From the human T2T-CHM13v2.0 reference genome, Homo sapiens: DNA of 64,000 nt. The stretch spans positions 2,720,001-2,784,000 of the forward strand of contig CP086569.2 in NCBI GenBank assembly GCA_009914755.4. The letters run 5' to 3'. A program made the position numbers and the translations under genes. This document shows, piece by piece, positions 1 to 13,585 of the stretch. The notes below the pieces were generated by a model. It made no database searches, was not told the origin of the DNA, and saw only the letters and a program-made list of their open reading frames with translations. Positions within the stretch are counted from its first letter, which is position 1; every line of letters begins with the position of its first letter.

Positions 1-379
1 ATTTAAATATGCATGTAAAGTGCATAGGTTACATGGGAATACTATAGCATTTTATATCAGGGACTTGAGTATGTACAATTTTTAGTTTTGCAGAAGGCTG
101 ATTCTGCAGTCTTCCTAGTGGTGATGTAAAGATTAGAGGAACGTTTGCAAAGGGCACAAAGTATGTTCTCTGAAGGAACTGAATCTCGGTCAGCACTCAC
201 ACTCAGGATGGACTTTGCCCAGTGCACATGGGCTACGACAAGAATGCACTTGACTTTTTTGGCACTGCATACATTTCAGTGCTCACAGTTAAGAGACTCA
301 GTGCGGGTGGTAATGGCCATCCAGGTACTTGAGGATCCAGAAATTTTTGCCAGAACGGTGGGCCCATGAGAGCAAGAAG

Positions 380-640
380 AACTGGAATTTGTGTGCTTAT
401 GGCAATATTCTCTGCTTGATCTCACATACTGGGAAGTAAAATTTATAGAGACAGAAAGTGGAGTAGAGATTACCATGGTTTGAGAGTAAGGATGGAGGAA
501 TTATTTCTTAATGCATAAAAAGCTTTAGTTTGGTATGTGAAACTTTTAAAAATAGTTGGTTACATTACACTGTTAATATATTTAATGCCAATGAATTGTA
601 ACATTTCAAAATTAGCCTAGACCACATAGTGAGATCCTGT
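380..640 (+). mobile_element. Ancient LINE-1 (L1M-type) 3' end fragment
   Basis: Sequence 'catagagacagaaagtggagtagagattaccatgg ... taatgccaatgaattgtaacatttcaaaa' resembles the recalled 3' terminus of L1M/L1MA subfamilies; an A-rich or Alu-filled tail follows. Confidence 0.45.
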
Positions 641-815
641 CTCAAAAAAAAAATTAGTTGGATGTGATGATGCATAGCTGTGTTCCTTGCTACTTGACAG
701 GCTGAGGTGGGAGGATCATTTGTGTCCAGGACTTTGAGGTTGCAGTCAGTGATGACTGAACCACTGCACTCCAGCCTGAGGAACAGAATGAAGACCCTGT
801 CTCTAGAAAAAAAAA
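611..815 (+). mobile_element. Two adjacent partial Alu copies (3' terminal fragment 611-652, right monomer 653-815), each with an A-tail
   Basis: 'gcctagaccacatagtgagatcctgtctcaaaaaaaaaa' followed by 'gctgaggtgggaggatc...gcagtcagtgatgactgaaccactgcactccagcctgaggaacagaatgaagaccctgtctctagaaaaaaaaa' matches the Alu right-arm consensus. Confidence 0.7.
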
Positions 816-829
816 TGGAAGTTGTATAT

Positions 830-2300
830 TTTGTTATGCATATTTTGCCACAATTAAAAATAATTAGAAGTGCTTTTTTTTGTTCTTGTGTACTTTTTTT
901 GGTTGTCAGACCTTTGAATTTGAGATGGCTATGTGTTTACATGCTGATATAAGAAGTGATACAGAGAGACAATCTACACTTTATCCAGTTTTCTTCAATG
1001 GTAACTTCTTGCAGAAGTACAGTATCATGTCAAAACCAGCATACAGACATTGATACAAAGTATGAACCAGTTCTATCACCACAGATATCCTTTATGTTGC
1101 CTTTTTAAGGTTACATCCACTGTCATTCCAATTGCAACTTCCTAACTCCTAGTAGCCACTATCTAGTTCATCATTTTTATAGTTATTTCATTTTTAGAAT
1201 TTTGTATGATGGGAATCTACATAGTATGCATATAATTGACTTTATTCACTTAGTATAATTCCCTGAAGATTCATTCATGTTGTGTGATTTACTAACTTGC
1301 TCCTTTTTATTGCTAATTAGTATTCCATTGTTTACATGTACCTGTTGTTTAGCTACTCACTTTGATAGATATTTAGGTTGTTTAAATTGTTCTGCTATTA
1401 TTAATAAAGGTGCTGTGAGCATTCTTGAACAAATATTTTTTGTGTTAAAATATGTTCTCATTTCTATGGCATAAATGCACCAAAATACATATGACTGCTG
1501 GGTAGTATGGTAGTTATATGCTTAGTTTGACAAGAAATTGCCAAAGTATATTATACTTTAGTGTGGCTCTACCATTATTCATTCCCCCTGGCAATGATTA
1601 ATACTTATTTCCTCTGCATTGTCAGCAACATTTGGTCTTGTTACTATTTTTTATTTTAGTTATTGTTGTAATAATGTTATTATGGCTGTAATTTGCATTT
1701 CTTTCTTGGTTAATGAGGCTGAATATTGTTACATTTCTTTTTTTTGTGTTTTTTTGTTTTAGCTTTTTCTATTTCATTTTTTTGTAACATCTTTTCACAT
1801 TTTTTGCCATTTATATATGCCTTTGATTAAATATGTTTTTAATGGCTTTTTCCAATTTTTGAATTGGATTTAGTTTTAAAACTGTTGAGTTTTGGCAGTT
1901 CTTTATATACTTTGGTTAATAGTTGTATATTAGGCTTGCGAAGCTATACTCCTAGTCTGTATCTTATCTCTTCATCTTCTTAATAAGGTCTTTTGCAGAG
2001 ACAAAGTTTTTGATTTTGCTATGTTTCACTTTATTGATTTTTTTTTCCTTTATGGCTCATGCTTTGGTCTCAAATAAAAATATCCCTGTATATCTGTAAA
2101 TTTGCAAGAATATCTTCTATCTTCTTTTTCTACAGGTTTTATGATTTTGTAGTCCACATTTGAGTCCATGATTTAAGATTTTTTTAATGTGAGGTGTGAT
2201 ATTTAGGTAGAGATTTTCTTTTCCTTTTACTTGTGATATCTATGCTCATTTGCTCCAGTACCTTTCTCCATTGAATTGCTTTTGTCAGAAATCAGTTTGG
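830..2300 (-). mobile_element. Ancient L1 (L1M-like) ORF2-region fragment, antisense
   Basis: Diverged antisense-L1 motifs such as 'ctccagtacctttctccattgaattgcttttgtcag' (compare L1 antisense 'cccagcaccatttgttgaagagactgtcctttccccattg') in AT-rich sequence; no intact ORF. Confidence 0.35.
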
Positions 2301-3962
2301 CCCACTTGTGCGAAACTACTTCTGGTGTATAATTTGTTTTTAAGAGAAGGGGAAGTTTCTCATAACTGCCTGAATCAGGAGTCAGACCCTGTAGTCAGTG
2401 AGGAACAAGCTGTGCACTGCAGGGAAAGCCCCTTACTCTCTTTGTCCTCAAATTTCTTTTAGTTAAAATGAGGCAAATATAGTCTCTCAAAAATATCTTC
2501 CGTTTATGTCCCTGAACTGTAAGAAGAAGTTCCTTGGCATTTTGTTTGGGCTGGCCAGAGTTGGGGTTGGGGCTTTCTTATGGGACTAATGATGGGTCTG
2601 GCCCCCAGATATTTTGACGGGAGTTGTTTCTCACACTCCTGATCTGAGGAGTTAAGAAAACAATTCTTGTGACTCAATATTGTGCTAAATGACAGAGTTC
2701 CTGCACCAGTTCCCATTATTTTATGAGTGGCTTCTTCTATCCTGAGGATGTTTTGAGTCCAGCCTAGTAACACTTGGACTGCCCCAAACATTCATTTGAC
2801 ACACCCATGTGTAGGGCAGAAGACATCACATTCCATGTCTTCTTGATGCCACGTAGCTGGGAAACCATTAAGGTCACAGAAATGGGCAGAAATTGTTATA
2901 AAGTGAGCACTTTCACCACAGTCCCTCTTGTGATGGTGGTAGCTGAGATGATGGCCAAGTTCCTGGGCAGTAAGCTCCTGGCAGAGTCAAGAAGGACTGT
3001 CCTGGGCCAGTGCTCACTCAGGCCCCCTTTTTCCTGCCCTGCTCAGACAGCAGTCTCCCTTCTGCCCACACATCGGTCTCTCTCCGTGCTATTCCCTGCA
3101 GCCTCTTTTGACAAAGCAGATCTGCTGATGACAAGCCCTGCCTCACATTCCCGGTGGTGGCTTATCAGGGTGGCTCACACATTTTTCAGGAGGCTTCGTT
3201 TTGCCAAACCCATTCTCACCCCACCTGGATGGGGCTAGGGCAGGTCCCAGTCCATCTGGGACTGGCCCATCATGGCTCAAGCATCCTCCACTCCTTCCAT
3301 CCCCAGGGAGGAGGTTTGACGGGGACTTCTTCTCCTGTTGTACCTTCAACCCACTCTGCTGAAACCAACCCATCTGCATGAGCTGCACTTATTTACCTGG
3401 TGGCTCTTCCCCTGTACTAGCAACCTTGGGAACAGGGTCCCTGAAACTGGAGCTTCCAGACTGGTAGCATTTTGCCTATTTATGAGGCAGCATCTTGGAT
3501 ATACATATATGCACATTTTTTCCAGGGAGGAGATGGATAGCTTGTTTCAGATTCCCAAAGAGATTCAAGACCTAAAAAGAACTGCTGCCCATGGCACCTA
3601 TTCTCTGCATCCTTTCCTGGTGCATAATTAATATGCACAGGTCAGATAGTACTTGTCATTTCTGCCCATGATTTTGTCCATAGTTTCAGTTGGTGACATG
3701 TGCAGCAATGCACCTATACATCTTCTCATGCCCCAAAGAAAATGAGTTAACTGACTGTGAAAGTTGTTTATTTTTTGTTGTTTTTTTCAGGGGTGATACT
3801 TAATGCAAAATAAGGTAGGTGATAAAATACTTTTGCTCTTATCTTAGAAGATGAGTGGGGTACTTTCTACATCTGGGCTCCAATAGAAAAGGAGGAACTT
3901 AATTTTGCAGTATTTGAAAACCTCAAGTTGAGATTACAGAACTCAAAAGATTGTGTTGCTTT

Positions 3963-4214
3963 TCTGCTTCCCTTCTTCCCTCCCTCCCTCCCTTCCTTCC
4001 TTCTCTCTTTCTTTTCTCTTTCTTTCTTGCTTTCTTTTCTTTCCTTTTCTCTATTTCTTACTCTCTCTCTCTTTCTGTCTGTCTCTGTTTCTCTTTGTCT
4101 TTCTCTCTTTCTCTTTCTTCCTTCCTTCCTTCCTTCCTTCCTTCCTTCCTTCCTTCCTTCCTTTCTTTCCTTCTTTCTTTCTTTCTTTTCCTTCTTTCCT
4201 TCTTTCTTTCTTTT
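3963..4214. repeat. (TTCC)n/(CTTT)n/(TC)n polypyrimidine low-complexity tract, about 250 bp
   Basis: Uninterrupted pyrimidine-only run ('ccttccttccttcc', 'tctttctttc'). It lies immediately 5' of a minus-strand Alu, so it is the expanded and mutated poly-A tail of that Alu seen on the opposite strand. Confidence 0.9.
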
Positions 4215-4216
4215 TG

Positions 4217-4470
4217 GTAGGAGAGGGGAATGCGATCTCTCTTTGTCACCCATGCTGGCATGCAGTGGCCAGATCATAGCTCACTCCAGCCTGGACTCAA
4301 ACAATCCTCTCACTTCAGCCTCTCAAAGTACTTGAGGCGCAAGTGCATGCCAGCTAATTATTTTGTAGAGACAGGAGTCACTCTGTTGCCCAGGCTGGTC
4401 TCAAACTTCTTGGGACCAGCAATTCTGCCTCAGCCTCCCAAAGTGCAGGAATTGCAGGTGTGAGCCATTA
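4217..4470 (-). mobile_element. Alu SINE (AluS-like), antisense, slightly 5'-truncated
   Basis: 'gtcacccatgctggcatgcagtggc...gcctcagcctcccaaagtgcaggaattgcaggtgtgagcca' is the reverse complement of the Alu consensus. Confidence 0.9.
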
Positions 4471-4479
4471 TATATGTCC

Positions 4480-7085
<2,606 letters not shown>

Positions 7086-8784
7086 CCAACTCCATCCCAG
7101 TTACTGTGAATGCCATTATTTCATTCCTGTTTATGGCTGAGTAGTATTCCATGGTATAAATGTATAGCACATTTTCTTTATCCACTCGTTGGTTAACGGC
7201 CATTTAGGCTGGTTCCACATTTTTGCAATTGCAAATTGTGCTGCTCTAAACATGTGGGTGAAAGTGTCTTTTTCATATAGTGACTTCTTTTCCTCTGGGT
7301 AGATACCCAGTAGTGGGGTTGCTGGATGAAATGGCAGTTCTACTTTCAGTTTTTTAAGGACTCTCCATACTGTTTGCCATAGTGGTTGCACTAGTTTACA
7401 TTCCCACCAGCAGTGTAAAAATGTTCCCTTTTCACCACATCCATGCCAACATCTGTTATTTCATTATTTTTTTAATTATGGTCATTCTTGCAGGAGTAAG
7501 GTGGTATCTCACTGTGGTTTTGATTGGCATTTCCCTGATCATTACTGATGTTGAGCATTTTTTCATTTTTTTGTAGGCCATTTGTATATCTTCTTTTGAG
7601 AAATCTCTATTCATATTCTTTGCCCACCTTTTGATGAGATTATTTGTTTTCTGTTTTTTGTTTTTTCTTGCTGATTTATTTGAGTTCCTCAGAGATCCTG
7701 GATATTAGTCCTTTGTCAGATACATAGTTTGCAAATATATTCTTCCACTCTGTGGGTTGTCTGTTTACTCTGCTGATTATTTCTTTTGCTATGCAGAAGC
7801 TTTTTAGTTTAAGTCCCATCTATCTTTGCTTTTGTTGCATTTGTTTCTGGGTGCTTGGTCATAAACTCTTTTCCTAAGCCAATGTCTAGAAAAGATTTCT
7901 GATGTTATCTTCTAGAAATTTTATGGTTTTAGGTATTTGATTTAAGTCTTTGGTCCATCTTGAGTTGATTTTTGTAAAAGGTGAGAGATGAGGATCCAAT
8001 TTTGTTCTTGTACATGTGGTTTGCCAATTATCCCAGCACCATTTGTTGAATAGGGTGTCCTTTCCCCACTTTATGTTTTTGTTTGCTTAGTCAAAGATCA
8101 GTTGGCTGTAATTATTTGGCTTTATTTCTGTGATCTTTATTCTGTTCCAATGATCTATGTGCCTGGTTTTATGCCAGTACCATGTTGTTTTGGTAACTAT
8201 AGACTTGTAGTATTTTTTGAAGTTGGGTAATGTGATGCCTCCAGTTTTGTTATTATTGCTTTGTCTTGCTGTGGCTATTAAGGCTTTTTTTTTTTGTCCA
8301 TATGCCATATGAATTTTAGGATTGTTTTTTCTAGTTCTGTGAAGAATGCTGGTGGTATTTTGATGGGAATTGCATTGAATTTGTAGGTTACTTTTTGCAG
8401 TATGGTCATTTTAACAATATTGATTCTATCTGTTCATGAGTGTGGGATGTGTTTCCATTTGTCTGTGTTGTCTATGACTTATTTCAGCAGTAATTTGTAG
8501 TTTTCCTTATAGAGGTCTTTCACCTCCTTGGTTAGGAATATTCCTACATATTTTATTTTTGTTTATTTGCAGCTATATTAAAAGGGGTTGAGTTCTTCAT
8601 TTGATTCTCAGCTTGGTGGCTGTTGGTATATAGCAGTGCTACTGATTTGTGTACGTTAATTTTGTATCATGAAAATTTACTGAATTCATTTAGCAGTTAT
8701 AGGAGCTTTTTGGACGAGTATGATTTTCTAGGTATACAATCATATTATCAGTGAATAGTGACAGTTTGACTTTCTCTTTATCTA

Positions 8785-8898
<114 letters not shown>

Positions 8899-11579
8899 TC
8901 AGTAAAATGTTGGCTGTGGGTTTGTTATAGATGGCTTTTATTACCTTAAGTTATGTCTCTTCTATTCTGATTTTGCTGAGGGTTTTAATCATAAAGGAAT
9001 GCTGGATTTTGTCAAATGCTTTATCTGTGTATGTTGAAATGGTCATTATGATATTTGCTTTTAATTTTGTTTGTGTTGTGTATCACATTTATTGACTTAC
9101 ATATGTGAAACCAAACCTGCACCCCTGGTTTAAAACCACTTGATCATGGTGGATTATCTTTTTGACATATTGTTGAGTTCAGTTAGCTAGTATTTTGTGG
9201 AGGGTATTCACATCTATATTCATCAGGAATATTGGTCTGTAGTTTTCTTTCTTTGTTATGTTCTTTCCTGGTTTTGGTATTAGGGTGATACTGGCATCAT
9301 AGAATAATTTAGGGAGGAATCCCTTATTCTTTATCTTTTGGGATATTTTCAGTATGATTGCTACCAATTCTGCTTTGAATATCTGATAGAATTCAGCTGT
9401 GAATTTATCTGGTCCTGGGCTTTATTTTGTTTGCAATTTTTTATTACTGTTTCAATCTCACTACTAGTTTTTGGTCTGTTCAGAGTTTTTATTTCTTCCT
9501 GGTTTTATCTAGGAGGGTTGTATATTTCCAGGAATTTATTCATGTTCTCTAGGTTTTGTAGTTTGTGCACATAAAGCTGTTCATAGTAACCTTGAATGAT
9601 CTTTTGTATTTCTGTGGTATTGGTTGTAATATTTCCCATTTCATTCCTAATTGAGCTTATTTGTATCTTCTCTATTTTTTCTTGGTCAGTGTAGCTAACG
9701 GCCTATTGACATTGTCTATCTTTTCAAAGAACTAGCTTTTCGTTTTATCTTTTGCATTTTTAAATTAATTTCAACTTCATTTAGTTCTGCTCTTAGCTTT
9801 GTTATTGTCTTCTGCTGGGTTTGAGTTTATTTTGTTCTTGTTTCTCTAGTTCCTTGAAGTGTGATCTTAAATTGTCTATTTGTGTTCTTTCAGACTTTTT
9901 GTTGGAAACATTTAATGCTATGAACTTTCCTCTTAGTACTGCTTTTGCTCTATCCCAGAAGTTTTGATAAGTTGTGTTACTATTATTGTTCAATTCAAAG
10001 ACTCTTTAAATTTCCATCTTGATTTTACTGTTTACCCAGTGATCATTCGGGAGCACGTTACTTCATTTCCATGTATTTGTAGGGGAATGGTTCCTTTTGG
10101 AGTTAATTTCCAATTTTATTCCACTGTGATCTGAAAGAGGACTTGATATAATTTTGATTTTCTTCAATTTCTTGAGTCTTGTTTTATGTCCTATCATATG
10201 TCCTATCTTGGAGAATGTTCCATTTTCTGATGAAAAGAATGGATATTCTGCAGTTGTTGGGGAGAATGTTCTGTAAATATCTGTCATGTCCATTTATTCA
10301 AAGGTATCGTTTAAGTCCATTTATTATTTGTTGACTTTCTCTCTTGATGACCTGTCTAGTGCTGTCAGTGCAGTACTGAAGTCCTCCACTCTTATTGTGT
10401 TGCCTTCTATCTCATTCCTTAGGTCTAGTAGTAATGCTTTTATAAATTTGGGAACGCCAGTGTTTGGTGCATATATATTTAGGATTGTGATATTTTCCTG
10501 TTGGACTAGTTATTTTATTATTATATAATGTCCCTCTTTGTCTTTTTTAACTGTTGTTGCATTAAAGTTTATTTTGTCTGATATAAAAATAAATACTCCT
10601 CACTTTTGGTGTCATTTGCATGGAATATCTTTTTCCACCTCTTTAATTTTATGTGAGTCCTTATGTGTTAGATTATTCTCTTGAAGTAAGCAAATACTTG
10701 GTTGGTGTATTTTTATCCATTCTTCCATTCTGTATCTTTTAAGTGGCACATTTAGGCCATTTACATTCAATGTTAGTATTGAGATGGGAGGTACTGTTGT
10801 ATTCATCATGCCAGTTGTTGCCTGAATACCTTGGTTTTTTTTTTTATTGTGTTATTGTTTTAGAGGCCCTGTGAGATTTATTCCTTAAGGAGGTCCTATT
10901 TCGGTGTATTTAGAAGTTTTGTTTCAAGATTTGAACTCATTTTAGCATTTCTTGTAGTGCTGGCTTGGTAGTGGCAAATTCTCTCAGCATTTATTTGTCT
11001 TAAAAAGGCTTTATCTCTCCTTCATTTATAAAGCTCAGTTTCATTGAATACAAACTTTTTGGCTGATAAACATTTTGTTTGAAGGTCTAAGATAAGACCC
11101 CAATCCTTTCTGGCTTGTAGTGTTCTGCTGAGAAATTTGCTATTAATCTTATCAGTTTTACTTTATAGGTTACCTCATGCTTTTGCCTCATAGCTCTTAA
11201 GATTCTTTCTTTTGTCTTGACTAGATAACCTGATGACTATGTGTCTAGATGATTATCTTTTTTGAGATGAATTTCCCAGGTGTTCTTTGTCCTTCTTGTA
11301 TTTGGATGTCTAGATTTCTAGCAAGACCAGGGAAGTTTTCCTCAGTTATTTCCTGAAATATATTTCTCAAACTTTTAAGATTTCTCTTCTTTCTCAAGAA
11401 CAGCAATTATTCATATGTTTAGTTATTTAGCATAATCCCATACTTCTTGTGGGCTTTATTTTTAAATTCTTTTTCCTTTTCTTTGTTTGATTAATTTGAA
11501 AGCCTTGTCTTTGAGCTCTGAAGTTCCTTCTCCTTTTTTGATTCTGTTGTTAAAACTTTCCAATGTATTTTGCATTTCT

Positions 11580-11876
11580 CTAAGTATATCTTTCATTTCC
11601 AGAAGTTGTGATTGTCTTTTCTTCATGATATCTATTTCTCTGGAGACTTTTTAAAATGCATATCCTATATTTTTTAATGTATTTAACTTCATTTTCACCT
11701 TTCTCTGGTACCTGCTTGAGTAGCTTAATAATTAACCTTCTGAATTCTTTATCTGGCATTTCAGAGTTTTCTTCTTGGTTTGGATCCATTGCTGGAGAGC
11801 CGGAGTGATCTTTTGGGAGCGTTATAGAAACTTGTTTTTTCATATTACCAGAATTACTTTTTTGATTCCTTCTCAT
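11580..11876 (-). pseudogene. L1 ORF1p N-terminal remnant (98-aa ORF)
   Basis: 'MRRNQKSNSGNMKKQ...SGSPAMDPNQEENSEMPDKEFRRLIIKLLKQVPEKGENEVKYIKK' parallels L1 ORF1p 'MGKKQNRKTGNSKTQSASPPPKERSSSPATEQSWMENDFDELREEGFRRSNYSELREDIQTKGKEVENFEK'. Confidence 0.75.
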
Positions 11877-11966
11877 GTGGGTAGAGTGTTTCAGTGGAAG
11901 GATCTGGAAATCAAGGGCTGCTGTTCATATTCTTCTGTCACATGAGACACATTTTGTCACATGGCT

Positions 11967-12170
11967 TGAGCTGGGGACCTGGAGTGCCTACAGGGCTCTT
12001 TCCACTGCTTCTTCTACTTTTTATATTTCTCTCAGCTCCCTAAAACAATTTCAGTTCTAGGTAAGGTTGAATCCTTCTGCTGTGATCTAGATTTTCAGGT
12101 TGCCCAGTGGGGATGTGTGTTCAGAGGCACACTTTTTCCCCTTCACACTTTAGGAACTCACAGTTTTTTG
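11967..12170 (-). repeat. Copy 1 of an internal direct repeat within the L1 5' UTR
   Basis: About 200 bp, roughly 95% identical to 13379-13585 ('cttgagctggggacctggagtgcc.acagggctctt.ccactgcttcttctacttt...ggaactcacagttttttg'); both copies are flanked by 'gtcacatgg'. Confidence 0.85.
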
Positions 12171-13378
12171 TGATGTGATGTGATGTTGTGCTATCCCTGT
12201 TCCCCTAAGGATGGGGCTTCCTGAGATCCCGACTGCAGTGATTGGTAATGCCCTTCCATGTCTAGCTACTTTGCAGGGCTAGCAGGCTCCAGGATGTTGC
12301 TGGGGAATGTTTGCAGAGTCCTGTGATGTGATTCATCTTTAGGTTTCCCAGCCTTGGATACCAGCCCCTGCTCCAATGGAGGTGGCAGGGGAATGAGGTT
12401 GACTCTGTGGGAGTCCTTGGTTGTAGTTTTGTTTAATGCACTGGTTTTCTCAGATGTTGGTTATGCTAACAGTGAATTTTTCATGTGACAGACTCAGGTC
12501 CTCTGGTTAGCTAGGGTGTTATAGGTGGTGGAATTGGCTGTTGTTTTCTTTTTTGATGGAGCACGATATAGTCTTGTTATGAGTTGCTATAATGGCTTGA
12601 GTTGGTTGGCCTCCAGCCAGGAGGTGGTGCTTTCAAGAGAGCTCAAGCTCCAGTAGCAGAAGGGAGATATAAGCTTGCCCTATGTTGCCTATGATAAGTA
12701 TTCTAGTTTCTCAGAAAATGGGTGGTGCTACAGAGCTCCCCACAGTTCATGTCTTTTATCTTCAGCTACCAGGGTAGGGAGAGAAAAACCATCTGGTGGG
12801 GGCTGGGTTAGGTGTGTCTGAGCTCAGGCTCTTCTTGGGCAGGCCTTGCTATGGCCACTATGGAGGATGAGGGTATGGTTCTCAGGCCAATGGAGATATG
12901 TTCCCATTTGGATTATGGCTGCCACTGTGGCATCATACAGGTTGCCAGGGAAGTGGGCGAATGCCAGCAGTGACAGGCCTCAACCAGGTCCCATGCAGCC
13001 AGCAAGGCCATTCTCACTCCCACTGTGCCCCACCAGCAGCACCAAGTTTATATTCAGGTTATACCCAGGCCGCTGGTGAAAAGGGCTAACATCTTGCCAC
13101 AGGCTACAAGCCTCCCAGCTAATACAGCAAGCAGGGCTCTCAGGCCTCACCCCTCCTTGCCTGCCTGCACCATGGGTGCAGCTTTTGCGCTTGTGTCTGC
13201 ACTTCTCATTTTCCCCACACCCCCATGCCCCAGGATTCTGCCCAAAAAAATTCATGCTCTGTCAAAATTATTACAAAGTTCAGCTAGAAGTTTCTTTAAT
13301 TCTGAGGCCTCTCCCCAATTCCACTGGCTGCCCTCCCCAAGGGCCCGTGTGAGATAAAACCAGGAATGGTTCCCTGGG

Positions 13379-13585
13379 CTTGAGCTGGGGACCTGGAGTG
13401 CCCACAGGGCTCTTCCCACTGCTTCTTCTACTTTTATATTTCTCTCAGCTCCCTAAAACAATTTCAGTTCTAGGTAAGGTTGAATCTTTCTGCTGTGATT
13501 TAGATTTTCAGGTTCCCCAGTGGGGATGTGTGTTCGGAGGCACACTTTTTCCCCCTCACGCTTTGGGAACTCACAGTTTTTTGGC
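13379..13585 (-). repeat. Copy 2 of the internal direct repeat within the L1 5' UTR
   Basis: See copy 1; the spacing implies a repeat unit of about 1.41 kb, present about 1.15 times. Confidence 0.85.

Noticed and set aside
2774-3238. 154-aa ORF and neighbouring 75-97-aa ORFs in a moderately GC-rich unclassified stretch (2300-3640)
   Set aside because: No recognisable protein motif, no splice-site or promoter context, overlapping ORFs on both strands. Probably an old, unclassified repeat or ERV-internal remnant, left unannotated rather than called.
3867-4335. 136-aa ORF rich in K/E/R ('KERKKERKEGRKEGRKEG') and opposite-strand S/L/F-rich ORFs
   Set aside because: Translation of the (TTCC)n/(CTTT)n polypyrimidine tract and its complement; low-complexity artefact.
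12846-13357. ORFs of 63-110 aa inside 12846-13357
   Set aside because: They lie in the 5' UTR of the ancient L1 and are frame-random with no ORF0- or ORF1-like content.
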